From the NCBI GenBank assembly GCA_964019335.1, contig OZ025652.1, forward strand, positions 1 to 64,000: a stretch of 64,000 nt of DNA, in the 5' to 3' direction. Source of the DNA: Diplonema japonicum (taxonomy: Eukaryota; Protista; Euglenozoa: Diplonemea). This document shows positions 1-11,800 of this stretch, piece after piece. How positions within the stretch are numbered: the first letter of the stretch is position 1; each line of letters opens with the position of its first letter. Made by a program: the position numbers and the translations under genes. The notes beneath the pieces are model-generated. The model was not told the DNA's origin and ran no database searches. It saw only the letters and a list, made by a program, of their open reading frames with translations.

Positions 1-346
1 GGTTTGCGGGTTTGCGGGTTTGCGGGTTTGCGGGTCGGGTTTGCGGGTTTGCGGGTTTGCGGGTTTGCGGGTTTGCGGGTTTGCGGGTTTGCGGGTTTGC
101 GGGTTTGCGGGTTTGCGGGTTTGCGGGTTTGCGGGTTTGCGGGTTTGCGGGTTTGCGGGTTTGCGGGTTTGCGGGTTTGCGGGTTTGCGGGTTTGCGGGT
201 TTGCGGGTTTGCGGGTTTGCGGGTTTGCGGGTTTGCGGGTTTGCGGGTTTGCGGGTTTGCGGGGTTTGCGGGTTTGCGGGGTTTGCGGGTTTGCGGGTTT
301 GCGGGTTTGCGGGTTTGCGGGTTTGCGGGTTTGCGGGTTTGCGGGT
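1..346 (+). repeat. Tandem 8-bp satellite (GGGTTTGC)n, about 43 copies, truncated by the window start
   Basis: Near-perfect GGGTTTGC array read directly, with a few variants (GGGTC at ~32-36 and at the end; GGGG at ~261 and ~277). The three + strand ORFs at 4-536 (RVCGFAGL repeats) are translation artefacts of this array. Confidence 0.97.
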
Positions 347-417
347 CGTCTTGGATCCATTTTTTTTTTTTTTGTTTTATAGTGTGTGTTGGGGGGAGGG
401 GATCCTTTCGTTGAGCG

Positions 418-663
418 GCGGGCAAAACAACCCCCCCGGACGACGGCGACGACGGACGACGGATGCAGCGGCAAACCCAGGCAGGGCGGCAGGCACCAGC
501 AAAACACGAACGACCAATAAAGTACAGAAACTGTAGCTTTAGAATCGTTGGTCGGAGCGTTCCGGCTTCATTCCATTGGTCCAGCGTCGTCGTCGTTTAA
601 TCGCAGTATCTTCTATCGTTCGAAGTTCAAAATGATAAAAAAGGGGGGGGTTGTTTTGCCCGC
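418..663. mobile_element. MITE-like element with perfect 20-bp terminal inverted repeats
   Basis: GCGGGCAAAACAACCCCCCC at 418-437 is the exact reverse complement of GGGGGGGTTGTTTTGCCCGC at 644-663. Internal GACGAC-rich (441-461) and CGTCGT-rich (585-597) tracts are also complementary. No credible coding capacity; TSD ambiguous. Confidence 0.55.
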
Positions 664-996
664 GGAGGGAGGGGGGTGCTTGGGTGAGGGAACAAGATTT
701 TGGAAAGGGAGGAAAGAAAGAAAAGATAAACACGCACTTTGATGAGCTTCAAGGTTGCCATTTCTTTCTTTTTTTAATTCTACTCTCTCATACGTTACTT
801 TGAGCACAGAAGGTTAAAGCTGAACAAAGCTGCCTCGACTCATTTAGCAAGTTGATAAAATTCGAAGGGAAAAATGTTACACTGTTGAATACATTTCAAA
901 AAAGATCACAAACACTCTTCCTTTTTCTTTATTGTGCCGTAACAAGCCCTAGCTCTCAGAAAGTAAAGAAACTACCGTAGGGAGAATTACCTTTTT

Positions 997-2166
997 TTAT
1001 TTCCTTATACTTACACCCGCTGGTATCCGAGCCTTTAAGAGACTGTTTGCACCATCAGTATCCCCTCTGAGAACGATTGTTTCTAGTTTTTTACACCCAT
1101 ACAAGAAGTAATTACCAATGGAATTAAGATTGGTCATCACATTCAAGTCGATGGTTTCTAATCTTTCGCACCCATACAAGAAGCTATCACCAATAGAAGA
1201 AAGATTGGTCATATTCAAATCGATGATTTCTAGTCTTTCGCACCCTGACAAGAAACGATCACCAATAGAAGAAATATTGTTCATTGCATTCAAATCGATG
1301 GTTTCTAGTCTTTCGCACCCATACAAGAAGCCATTATCAATGGAATAAATATTGGCCATCACATTCAAGTCGATAGTCTTTAGTCTTCTGCACTGTGACA
1401 AGAACTGATCACCAATCGATAAAACATTGGTCATCGCTTGCAAGTCGACGATTTCCAGTTTTTCGCACTCATTCAAGAATCCTCTACCAATGGAAGAGAG
1501 ATTGGTAATCAAGCTCAAGTCGATGGTTTCTAGATTTTTGCACCCTGACAAGAAATAATTACCAATGGAAGAAATATTGGTCATCGAACTCAGACCGATG
1601 GTTTCTAGTTTCTTGCACCCCGATAAAAAACTATGACCAATGATAGAAACATTGGGGAGGATAAAATCAACAGACGTAAGGTGGTTGCAATTCTGAAGAA
1701 ACGCGGTGTCTATACTTGTAACACAGCCTGTGGAGTCGGTGACAACGAGGAACCGTAGTCCAGAAGGAAGGTCGCTGCTGATCATGAACAAGACTTCTGG
1801 CGAACCCCCTACCTCCACAACCAGAACTAGCTCAGGGTCAGCTGCCACAAGACCCTCAAGCTCCGAAACCACATCTGAGCTCTCAAGCTCCTCCAGCTGA
1901 ACGGTTCTCATCTTCGCCTCCACATGGACCACACTGCCCTCCACGAGCCCAAGTCCCTGAAGATCTTCGCTCCTGTTCCTGTTCAGGACCTCTCTCTCCC
2001 AAACCAGTTTGAACTTGCCCTCTAATAAACCAGCAGCACACGCCGCCTTCTTGTACAGGCTCCCCACCGTCTCCTTCCCCGACACTTCCACATCGTGAAC
2101 CCCGCCTCCCGTCTTCACGAACACTGTCATATCGTTCGTCCCTTCATCTGATCTCTTTCCATTCAT
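997..2166 (-). CDS. N-terminal ubiquitin-like domain + BspA/TpLRR-type leucine-rich repeat protein
   Basis: Intact 389-aa ORF. The N-terminus MTVFVKT...VEVSGKETVGSL..KA...FKLVWEREVL...LGLVEGSVVHV fits a ubiquitin beta-grasp pattern. The C-terminal half has ~9 tandem 25-aa repeats IGxxFLxGCxxLETIDLxxMTNLSS, visible as ~75-bp AT-rich DNA repeats. No signal peptide. Confidence 0.85.
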   Translation of the reverse strand: MNGKRSDEGTNDMTVFVKTGGGVHDVEVSGKETVGSLYKKAACAAGLLEGKFKLVWEREVLNRNRSEDLQGLGLVEGSVVHVEAKMRTVQLEELESSDVVSELEGLVAADPELVLVVEVGGSPEVLFMISSDLPSGLRFLVVTDSTGCVTSIDTAFLQNCNHLTSVDFILPNVSIIGHSFLSGCKKLETIGLSSMTNISSIGNYFLSGCKNLETIDLSLITNLSSIGRGFLNECEKLEIVDLQAMTNVLSIGDQFLSQCRRLKTIDLNVMANIYSIDNGFLYGCERLETIDLNAMNNISSIGDRFLSGCERLEIIDLNMTNLSSIGDSFLYGCERLETIDLNVMTNLNSIGNYFLYGCKKLETIVLRGDTDGANSLLKARIPAGVSIRK

Positions 2167-2357
2167 GTTCTTAATTTCGTTATTTTCCCACCACCCTTAT
2201 TTGTTTTGTTTGTTTTTATTCGTCCTTGTGTGTGTTTGAAGATTTAACCTCCTGAAGGCGATGTTTAAGGACAAATTCCACTTGAGGACCATCCTTGGGG
2301 CTATTCTGGCAAGGAAACACGTTTCCAAGCTTTCTTTCTGAAAATAAGGAAACCTCC

Positions 2358-4124
2358 TTAACCATCTACCAACGGACCATTTTTGCCCACCAGGGGGTAA
2401 ATTTTCAAAACTTCAAAAAAAGCTATTCTAGCGCAACGCCGGGGCTATATGCCCCCGGAAATGCCTCCAGATGTCCCAATTCTAGAGAGAGGGTGCCCAC
2501 AGCAGGGCCCACCCTCACAACATTGTCAAAAATATCGTTCCTGAAGTGCCCGAGAGGGGGTACAAAAAACAAGTCAAAAAAAATCGACTGTAAAATTCTG
2601 TAAAAAGCTATTTAATGCCTTCTTGACGCGGTTCGTACGTGCCCCAGGGCTGGGACTTCTTTTTTGACCCCGAGAGGGGTTTCTGGGGGGTATCCCCGGC
2701 AAGGTGGTAGTCTTTGAAGCACGGAGTCACGCAAAGTTGTACCAAGCAGGTTGAACACTGGAACTGGGGTCATTTCGACTTGCCATGCTTACACCGCACG
2801 TTGCACTACTTTTTCGGGGAAATGGTCCCAGAAGGTACTATCGCGGCGCATTGGGGTCTCAGGGAACTCGTTCTGTGTTTCGGGGCATGGTATTGGGGCA
2901 GCCTGCTCTGTAGTTGACTTTATCTGTTTAGACTGCCTCCCTAGTAGCCCTTCGATGACTGCCTCTTTGAAAGGCGTGAATCCACTGTCGTTCGTACTCA
3001 ACGTGTTGGGGGGCAATGCTTCTTTCCAAACAAGCCAAGCATTTGCCAGAGATTTATCTAACAAGTACGAAAATACTTTCAGGGGCCACTTCGAAGTCAT
3101 AAGGGTGCGTTTATGGCGTTTTGTCACACCCATTGCGGTGTTGTAAATATGCACTTGGTGGGGAGCGGGATGTCCTTTCCGGCTTTCATTCTCTTTTGGC
3201 CGACACGTCAAATTTGACTTCACCAGAACATCCAACGTCGACAGAAAGCACAGGCTTGATGGCATGCCACGTTGTGGCGCAAAGGATGCTCACGTGCTGG
3301 TGGAACTGGGTGTCCCCACAGGATGCGTGTCCTTGGGCTTGCGGCCTCGCTTCTTTGGGGCCTTTGCGATAGGTAGAAGTCAGCACGCTTGTTTGTTTCG
3401 CTGTGGAAACACAGATTTCCCTGAATAGTCAAAAAGCGGTCTCTTGACATGACGGTGGCGTACCGGGGGTGTGGTTGAGAGACGTGGAGCCAGTGCGCCA
3501 GTAGTCAGAATAATCTGGCTTGATATCCTAGTCCATCGACAAAAGGACACCTAGGAAGGTACGCAAAGAAGCAGCATTGAGATCCAGGGAAACACCTTTT
3601 TTAGCCGCATTTGCCACATTGTTCGAAGTTATGACCCGAATAACATTTGGGACGAGCATTTGGGAGAATATATGGAACGGCGTTGAGCCTCTGATGTCAA
3701 AACAGGGTCCACAAGGATTCCGATCTTCACGAAACCGGATGCCTTCCAACTGCTCCGGCTTTGCCGTCCAATCACCCTGCTGTGACTCGGAATCGGTCGA
3801 ATTCGTATCAGAATCACTGTCCGTACCAAAATTGCATAATAGGGATGAGCCATCAGTGCTCATGCACTCATAATATCCTCTTCCGGCCTCTTTCTGGGCA
3901 CCCTTTTTTGAAGTGATTTTTAAGGGTAAATTTGGGCTGGCGTTTTTTTTTTCTTTTTTCTTTTTCTTGTTAAGTTAGGGCAGCATTTCGTTTATATTTT
4001 TCATATTTTCCGCGCAGGACCCCGGATGCGAGAAGTGGCCGAGCTGTATTGCATTGAAAGCCCTTTGCGCAAAAGATTTTTTTTCAAATCGTCTTTATAA
4101 AGACGCTCGTTGGTAGATGGTTAA
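2358..4124 (-). mobile_element. Non-autonomous (internally deleted) piggyBac DNA transposon, 1759 bp between TTAA target-site duplications
   Basis: TTAA (2358-2361) followed by CCATCTACCAACG (2362-2374); CGTTGGTAGATGG (4108-4120) followed by TTAA (4121-4124). These are perfect 13-bp TIRs with the piggyBac-specific TTAA duplication, enclosing transposase remnants. Confidence 0.93.
2701..3863 (-). pseudogene. Degenerate piggyBac (PGBD/DDE_Tnp_1_7-type) transposase
   Basis: Fragments in several frames: acidic/Ser N-terminus, TPFHIFSQML...LRTFLGVLLSM, DYW, MSRDRFLTIQGNLCF, YNTAMG...KWPLKVFSYLLDKSLANAWLVWK, and C-terminal Cys-rich QCSTCLVQLCVTPCFKDYH (~2704-2760). Internal stops and frameshifts are present, and the central catalytic DDD core is missing. 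Confidence 0.9.
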
Positions 4125-5803
4125 GTAGTTCTGAAAAATAAGGAAACGGAAACGGCAGCATAGCCTTGGGGGAGGGGGGTGTCTATCTTTGATGCTCCCA
4201 TTCTGGAGCCTTTCGTTCCGGTTGCGGGCATCATCAGCGTCTTACCTAGACCATCATCCTTCCCTGCCGTGTAATGGAGGATGGACCTGAAGTCCCCTTC
4301 TTGTCATAGTTTGCAAACCCGCAAAACGCACCCTATGCGTACTGCACAGCCGCAGCTTATGTTATTACCCTTGGTTGCACGCGCCACAGCGCTGTTCCAA
4401 GGGGACGCAGCACCTTCATGTTTGACCTGACTGAAGTGGTGTGATGGGTTACGACATTCAGAGCAAGGAAAAGCCAAGATGGATGGGCGGATGGGGGGAA
4501 AGGACAAGAGGGAGGAAAAAGTTAGACGTGAAATGCAAGCCGTGACCACTGGCTACAAAATAAAGATTATAAAAAGGTAAAACTCTTAATTGCCGCAGAA
4601 CTTTACGGAGATGAGAAAAAAAAAGAAAGTGACAAAGAGGTTGGAAACACACGGTGGAGAGGGTCTGGAACACCCTTTGTTGTCACCACTGGTTGCCATT
4701 CCTTTGACTACCTTTCTTATTTAAAAAACGAGGTTCTCAATTTCTGCGCTGTTGTTAGTTTACATCTTCTTCTTTTTCTTTTATTTAATACGGCCACTGC
4801 TGTTTTCCTTTTTCTTCCCTCTGTTTCTTTTTTTTTTTTGATTTCTTCAGGTGGAGGGAAAAACAACTTTGGTTCAAAGTAAAAAAATAAAAATAAAAAG
4901 AGAGGGAAAGGAAAAAAAATGCCACCAACCCTTCACTACTAGAAGGGCGTAGATTTGTGCAATTCCAAAGTAAATTGGAAAAAAAAACCGAAGGAAGAAA
5001 ACTCAGAAGGGGAAGAAAAAAACACAAATATCGCCTTGAAATGCTATATTGCTGCTTTTAAACAAGGGTTGGCAGCTTGTTGTTTAAAACGAAGCTGTCC
5101 CCTTTTAGCAAATAGCAATTCACTTTATTATCTTGCTTTTTTTGTTTTTTTTCTTTTTTTCTTTGTTGTTGTCAAGCAAAAGAAGAAAGGGAATAAAAAA
5201 AGAAAACACAAATCGCTTGTAATACGTAACGCATACAAAAAAAAAAAGAAACGATTCTCGTGGCATTAAAAAAATTTATTTTGGATTTTCTTGTCCGCAG
5301 GAAATCATTTCACTATCACCGCATCTTCTACTGCGAGAAATACATCTACACAACAAGTCCGGTAAAAAACTAATTCAGCTTTTATTTCTGTTCTTGTTTC
5401 AGTGGCAGTATTTCAATTTATATAAAACAATAGAAGAAATACAAATGATGATTGCGTTCCTGACAGAGCAAAGAAGAATTGGGCAGGGGGAGGAGCATGA
5501 TGGGGTCAAAAGGAAGAGAGGGATCACTTTTTAGTTTTCGCGAACGTGCAGGGGGGAGGGGAAGGGGGGGGGAACAACAATAACAATAAATTGTATAAGA
5601 TAAAAAAAAAAAAAAAAAAGAGAGAAAAAGCAGAAAAAGCACTCATGTCTGGATGCTGTGGGAGGGATGGCAAGTTCAAGGATTGTGTATTACAACAGAA
5701 AATCTTTGTTTATTTCTAGCTTTTTCTTCTCTTTTCTTTTTTCCTCCTTCTTATTCCTCGTCTTCGCTTCTCTCCACTCTTTTCTTCTCAATACGCCACC
5801 CGC

Positions 5804-8800
5804 CTAGTTGACCTCCTTGTCGTCGTCCCTGAGCATGGTGCGGTTCCCGTCTTCCATTTCGAAGTCATCGAACTTCTTGTTGTTGGATTTCCCATCAAGG
5901 TCGCCCTTCTCTTTCTGGCTCTTGAACAGTGCGAAGACGAGGTAGGCGATGAGGGCCACGATGATGATCCACAGGACCAGGATCAGTGCAGCAGGGAGGC
6001 ACGCCTCGCCGAGCTTCAAACCCTCGCAGCACTCCTCGCCGCTGCCGTTGCTGTTCCTCTCAGTGGTGAGACCGGTGTCGGCGTCTGGCTGGGCTGTGAC
6101 CTTGATGGTGTCCTTCCTGTTCCCGTCACGGTCGTGCGTCACAAGCGGCTTGAAGCTGGTGCCGTCGAACCAGCACACCGTGTACTCGTTCTCGTTCATC
6201 GAGCCCTCGAAGGTCGCTTTCACGTCCACCAAAAGCTCCATCTCCGCCACGGGCTCTACCAGCGACGTGTTTTGCTGAACCGCCTTCGTGCAGTCCCCCG
6301 CACCTATGTCCAGAAGGTCGCCCGACGCTGTCTTCGTGCACACCGACGCTTGCTGGCAGTCTGCCTCCGGGTTGCCTGTAGTGGCGTTCACCACGCGCAC
6401 CGTGCGATCCTTCGCGCTGCTTGCGTTGAAGCACCCGTGGATGATCAGGCTGAATTTCGTGTCCTTCAGCGGCTGGTTCGGGTACGCCGTGTACCAGTAC
6501 GGCTTCGTGTCTGTGCACCCCCTCAGGCTGCAGTCCGCACCGGTCCAGCCGCCGTCGCACACGCACATGTTGTCGGTACTGCACCTCCCGTGGCCAGAAC
6601 ATGTTCCGTCCCTGCTGCACAGCGTGCACATCTCCCTGTCGCTCGACTCGTCGAAACCGCACAGGTTGCATTCGGGGCCCGACCACCCGGGCTTGCACTT
6701 GCAACACTCCATGTTGCTCGCGCCGCACTTTCCGTGGTTGGGGTTCACAATACACGCCCCGCTCTGCTGGTTCGGCGCCGCGTTCTTGTCCTTCTCACCC
6801 ACCCATTTGCACTTGTTCAGCTCCGAACCAGTCCCCGCAGTGCACTTGTCCTCGGTGTCGCGGGTAATGCACGCCCCGGGATTCTTCGGCACACACTTCT
6901 GATCGTCAGTCCATTCACACCCACCGATTCTGGTGTCGGCGTCGCACTTGGACTGAGACTCGTGCACCGCACATTTGAGCTTCGTGCATTTCCCTTGGAC
7001 CCAACCGCACCCAGCCTGCTGCAAGCACTCGCCCTCCATCAACCTTGCAGGGCACTCCTGCGCACACTCAGCGGTCTTCTCAGAGTCCATATCCTCCTCC
7101 GTGAACCAGTCGCACCTTTCGCCGGTTGCGGAGAAGCATGTGGTGCTCTCCGTGTAGCGTGCACAGCCCTTCGCCTGCTTGCACACGGTGCCGTTCCACT
7201 GGCATGCCACCCCGGCATCGTCGACGCTCCTGTCGCACGTCACCTCCTGAAGGTATTTCCCGCACCCTGATTTCTCCACGCACTCCTTCTGCTTCCACTC
7301 GCACAGAGCGTCGTTGTTGCAGCTTGCCTCCGCAGTCGCCGAATCAGCGTTGTACGATGCACATCCCTCCACCTCCACACACTTCCCGTCGGTGACGTTC
7401 CATGTGCAGCCAGCAGCCTGCGGCGACTCGCATGTTATCACGTCTCCGAAGTACGCACAGTTTTTGTCCACGCACACGTTGCTTGCCGTGTCCCACAGAC
7501 ACTTCCTGTCAGGAGTGCACTTCCCCTCCTCGATGTATACCGCGCATCCAATCTTGTCCTCGCATTGCGAGGTCGCGGTGTTCCACGCGCACTCATCGTC
7601 GGCATTGCACACTGGGAGGGACGTGTGGACCACGCACCCGTGCCTTTCCTTGCACTCACTGTCGCTGGCATCCCACCTGCAGTTCACGTCGTTCACACAC
7701 GTGTCTTCGGTGAACTTCGCGGGACACCCCACCTCGGGTTTGCATTCCTCCAAACCTGTCACGCCGGTACTCCACCTGCAGCCTTGTACCGCGTTACACG
7801 TGTTCTTCGGGCTGTACTCGCACACCTTCTTTGTGCACGAGGCACCATCCCAGCCGCACATGTTCCCAACGTCTGCCTCACATGCGGCCTTGGCACAGTG
7901 CTGTACGCACGGGCTCGATGTGCACGTGGCCATGACCATGTTCCACATGCACTTGCTGTCAGTCTCGCAGCCCCCGCCGGTCCCCCATTCGGGGCAACTC
8001 TCCTTGTGAACGGGCTCGCCGTGCATCGACAGGAAGTAGCCAAAGGTGCTGTTCTCGTTACAGAGCTCCGTGAACACCGTCTCCAGTTCCGCCATCGTCA
8101 CGTCTACAGTGTGGCTGTTCGAGGGGGACGTCACGAAGGCCTCCATCTTCGCGCGGTCTGTCTCATCCTGTGGGCTCGACGTGCTGTACTTCCTTATGTG
8201 CATAGCGAACACCTGCACCCTCTGCTGCTCCAGGAGACCTGACACCGTCACCATCGAGGGAGCGTCCGCGTCTGGAATGTCTCCGTCAGCAACCACAAGA
8301 AGCACCTTCTTCCTGTCCGCCGGGGAGTTCGCAAACATCTTTGCCGCCATCTCCATCGCTTGCGTGAGGTATGAAGCATCTGTCGCGTGCGAAGTGAACT
8401 GGCTTTCATGCCAGTGCACGTCAGAGTCGATCTCCGCGAGCACACCCGACAACCTCCCTCCGGTACCTGTCCCAGCTGGGGACTTCATCGCTTCGCCCTG
8501 CGCCGAGAACTGCACGAGCCCCACACGGAAGCCTGATGCCAAAGCTGCGTTGCTCGCCACGCCAGCAGCCTCACCTGTCAGCGGTAGAGTCTTCGCCAGG
8601 TCCAGCACCATCTCGGTCACCGCAAAGAAGCCATGCGGGTGGCGCCCGAAGCGTTCGCCCATGCTCAGCGACCCGTCAACCGCAATCACCATGTCCACCG
8701 CGGGGCAGTTTGCGAACAGGGATGCCGCACACTTCGATACCTTTTCGTCCCACAAACACCCGGGGGTCTTCCCGCAGTCGCACGGCACACTCTCCTTGCC

Positions 8801-11800
8801 ACACAGCTCCACACCCTCGTCACACTTATTCTTCCCGCTGTCCCAGGCACAACCATCTGCGGCACCCTTGTCGGTTGCTTCGCAGTCCGCTTCGGTAGCG
8901 TACTTCCTGCACTTCTTCACCCCGCAGTTTGTGGGCGAATGCGCGGTCTTCCACTCGCAGTCTCCGGTAGGGTCGGTGCTGCACCTCTTCTCGTTCGTGT
9001 GCACAACGCACCCATTAGTCACGGTGCACGCGTTCCCCTCCCATTTGCAGCTGAACGAGTGTTTCTCGCACTCCACCTGTGATGTGTAGATGCAAGGCTT
9101 CTCCACGCACTGGTCGATCTCGAGATCCCATTTGCAGGTCTGCTTGGCGTCACACGGCATCTGCGATTCGTCGTTACATTTCTTCTCTCTGCAGATCGCA
9201 TCCACGTCGTCCCACTCGCACCCGTGCGTGTCGGCGATACAGCCATCCTCCGCAGTTGCCGTACAGGGAGGCACCACGCATATGGGCTTCGCCGGGTCTG
9301 TGGTCGCGTCCCAATAACACTCCGCTGCTGTGCAGGCAGTCTGCGTGGTCTGCGTGCACTGTACCTCCCTGCCGCAGCTGCCGTCGGTCCACATGCATGC
9401 CTTGTCTTGCTCATCCTTGTTCATCTTGCATGTTGCCTCCGTGCAGTGCTTGTGGCACGAGCTCCATTGGCACTCTACGTCCGCGTCGCTCCAGGAGCAC
9501 TGTCCATCCTTCCAGCAGGTCCTTGCTGTGCTGAACGAGCCACAGGGCACGTGCCCGGCCCCCGCTGCCCCTTGATAGGCGAGGATGATCTTCCCGAACT
9601 TGCTGTTCGGGTTGCAGAAGTCCTTCAGCACGCTGGTAGAGAAGTCGTCCAGCGGGATGTTCATGTAGTGGTCGTCCCTCGGCTCCGACACGATAGTTGA
9701 CAGCACCTGCTCCGCATCGATGTCTGTCTGCGTGTGCGTCGCGAACCTCCTTAGCACCACACCGAAGGTTTGCACACCCTCTCCATCCAGAACAGCCCTC
9801 GCCGCACTCAGCTGCGAGGCGTCGTGGATCTTCCCATCTGTCAGGATTAGCAAGATCTTGGCCCTACCGCTTGCAGTAGACGACTGGAACAATAAACCTG
9901 CATACTTCAACGCCTCCGAGATGAAGGTCTGCGCCACGGCGTAGTTCGCCTCGTGCCAGTCCAGGTCCACATTCAGCTCCGCGATGGAACCCGACAAGCG
10001 ACCGCCAGTGCCCATCCCGGGTGGCGTTACCAACGCGCTGTTAGGTGCGGAGAACTGGATCAACCCGATCCTCACACCCGAAGTCGGCGTTGCCATTCCG
10101 GAAGCGTCTTTCGTCAAAGGAAGGATCTTAAACCAATCCCTCAACGACTCAATCATAGCGTAGAAACCGTGCGGGTGGCGCCCGAAAGACTGGCTCATGG
10201 AACCAGACCCGTCGAACACAACAGCGATGTCCATCGAAGGGCACCCACCAAAGTCAACATCCTTGCATACTGTGTTCTTAGCATCCCAGCTACAGTACTC
10301 CTTCTCGTTGCACTTGCACTGGTCGGAGAGGTCTGAGCACACCACTTCCTTGCACATGTTGTCTGCGCTCTTCCATGCGCACTTCATTTCGTTGTTGCAG
10401 GCTGCCTTGTTCTTCAGCTTTCTGCAGTATTTCTCGCTGCAGATGGTCGGAGACTCCTTCACATCCCAGTGGCATCCAAGATCGTGGTCGCAGGTCTTCT
10501 CGTCCAGGTAGTGCACACACGGCTTCACCTTACAAGTGTTGCTCTCCCATGTACATCTCCTGCTGTCCTTGAGGCACTTGACGGGGTCAATCGTGTTGCA
10601 CGGCCTCTCCACACACGGAGCCCATGCCTGCGTCCCCACGATCGCCGCGTCCCACTGGCACGACTGGTCCAGTTTGCAAGACGTCTCGGTGGTGTAGGTG
10701 CACGGGCGTGGGTAGCAGTGGTCCGACGCGCTGTACCAGACACAGCCCGCCGGGTCGCTCAGGCAGCCCGACTCGGCCTGGTGCTGACACTCTTTCTCCA
10801 CGCAGTTCGCGTCAGAGGCCTTCCACTCGCAACCGGGGTCAGCCGAGCACTCCTTCATCGGGTGCTCACAGATCGGCTTCTTGTAGCAGATGTTCCGCTG
10901 CGCGTCCCACATGCACAGGTTCGACGTATCAGACGTGCAGACGTCCTCTGAGCAGTGATGCAGACATGCCGAATCAGAGCACACCAGCAACGTTGCGCTC
11001 CACCTGCACGCCGAGTCCTTGTTGCAGGTGTTTTTCTCGAAGTACATGGGACAAGGCTGCTTCGCCTTCAAGACCCCAGTCCCAGCCCCCTCGGCCGACG
11101 CGATCAATCGCCCGAATTGCTTCGACGGGTCGCATAAGGTGTCCAGGGTTGCCTTAAGTTCCTCTATTTGGGCGTCCAGGAAGTGCTCGTCTCTGACGTC
11201 ACTCAGGATGTTCAGCATCGCGTCCCTTGCGTCCCCCGCGGTCGAGGGGAAGGCCGCAGCGGGACGCAGCAGCACACCGAACACCTTAACGCCAGAACCA
11301 AACAGAGCACTCACAGCAGAGTTCACCTCCGCTCTACCCGCATCCATGACGATACTGTCCGACACCACAATCAGCACCTTCTTCCTCTCAGGCCTCGTGA
11401 ACATGGCCTGTGCAAGCTGCAGGGCGTCTGCAACGTACGCGTCTTTGGTGTCAATCATCTTCGCCTCCTGGAAGTCCAGGTCCGCCTCAAACTCCGACAA
11501 CTTCCCGGTAACGTGGCCCCCGCTACCCACAGCGGGGCCGGTCTTCGTTGCGCGGCCCTTGGCAGCGAACTGCACAACGCCCACGCGCACACCGCTGCCA
11601 ATCCTCACCCCAGCTGCCACCTTTCCTGAGTCCCCAGACAGGGGCAGGGTCTTGGCCCAGTCCCTCAGGAATTCCATCACTGCCTGGTAACCGCTGGCGT
11701 GGCGCCCGAAGGCGCGCTTCATGGAGGTCGTTCCGTCTGCCAGCACCACCACGTCCATCAAGGGGCAGCCACCGAACGACCCTGACACGCAAGCGCCGTT

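Noticed and set aside
1-346. Calling the array a telomere or a CRISPR array
   Set aside because: Strand polarity is opposite to a left-end telomere, and there are no spacers or cas genes.
4-536. Three + strand ORFs with RVCGFAGL repeats
   Set aside because: They are translations of the stop-free 8-bp satellite in all three frames, not genes.
2244-2260. TTAA-CCTCCTGAAGG, with similar TTAA-CCCCCTGAGG at ~59899 and CAGAAGG-TTAA at ~807-817, as ends of a second piggyBac-like family
   Set aside because: No correctly oriented partner TIR within the window, and the matches are short enough to arise by chance.
4130-5800. Short ORFs in the A/T-homopolymer-rich region downstream of the giant gene
   Set aside because: Low-complexity Phe/Lys-rich translations with no motifs; best read as 3' UTR or intergenic sequence. 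4200-4560 may be decayed repeat but is not identifiable.
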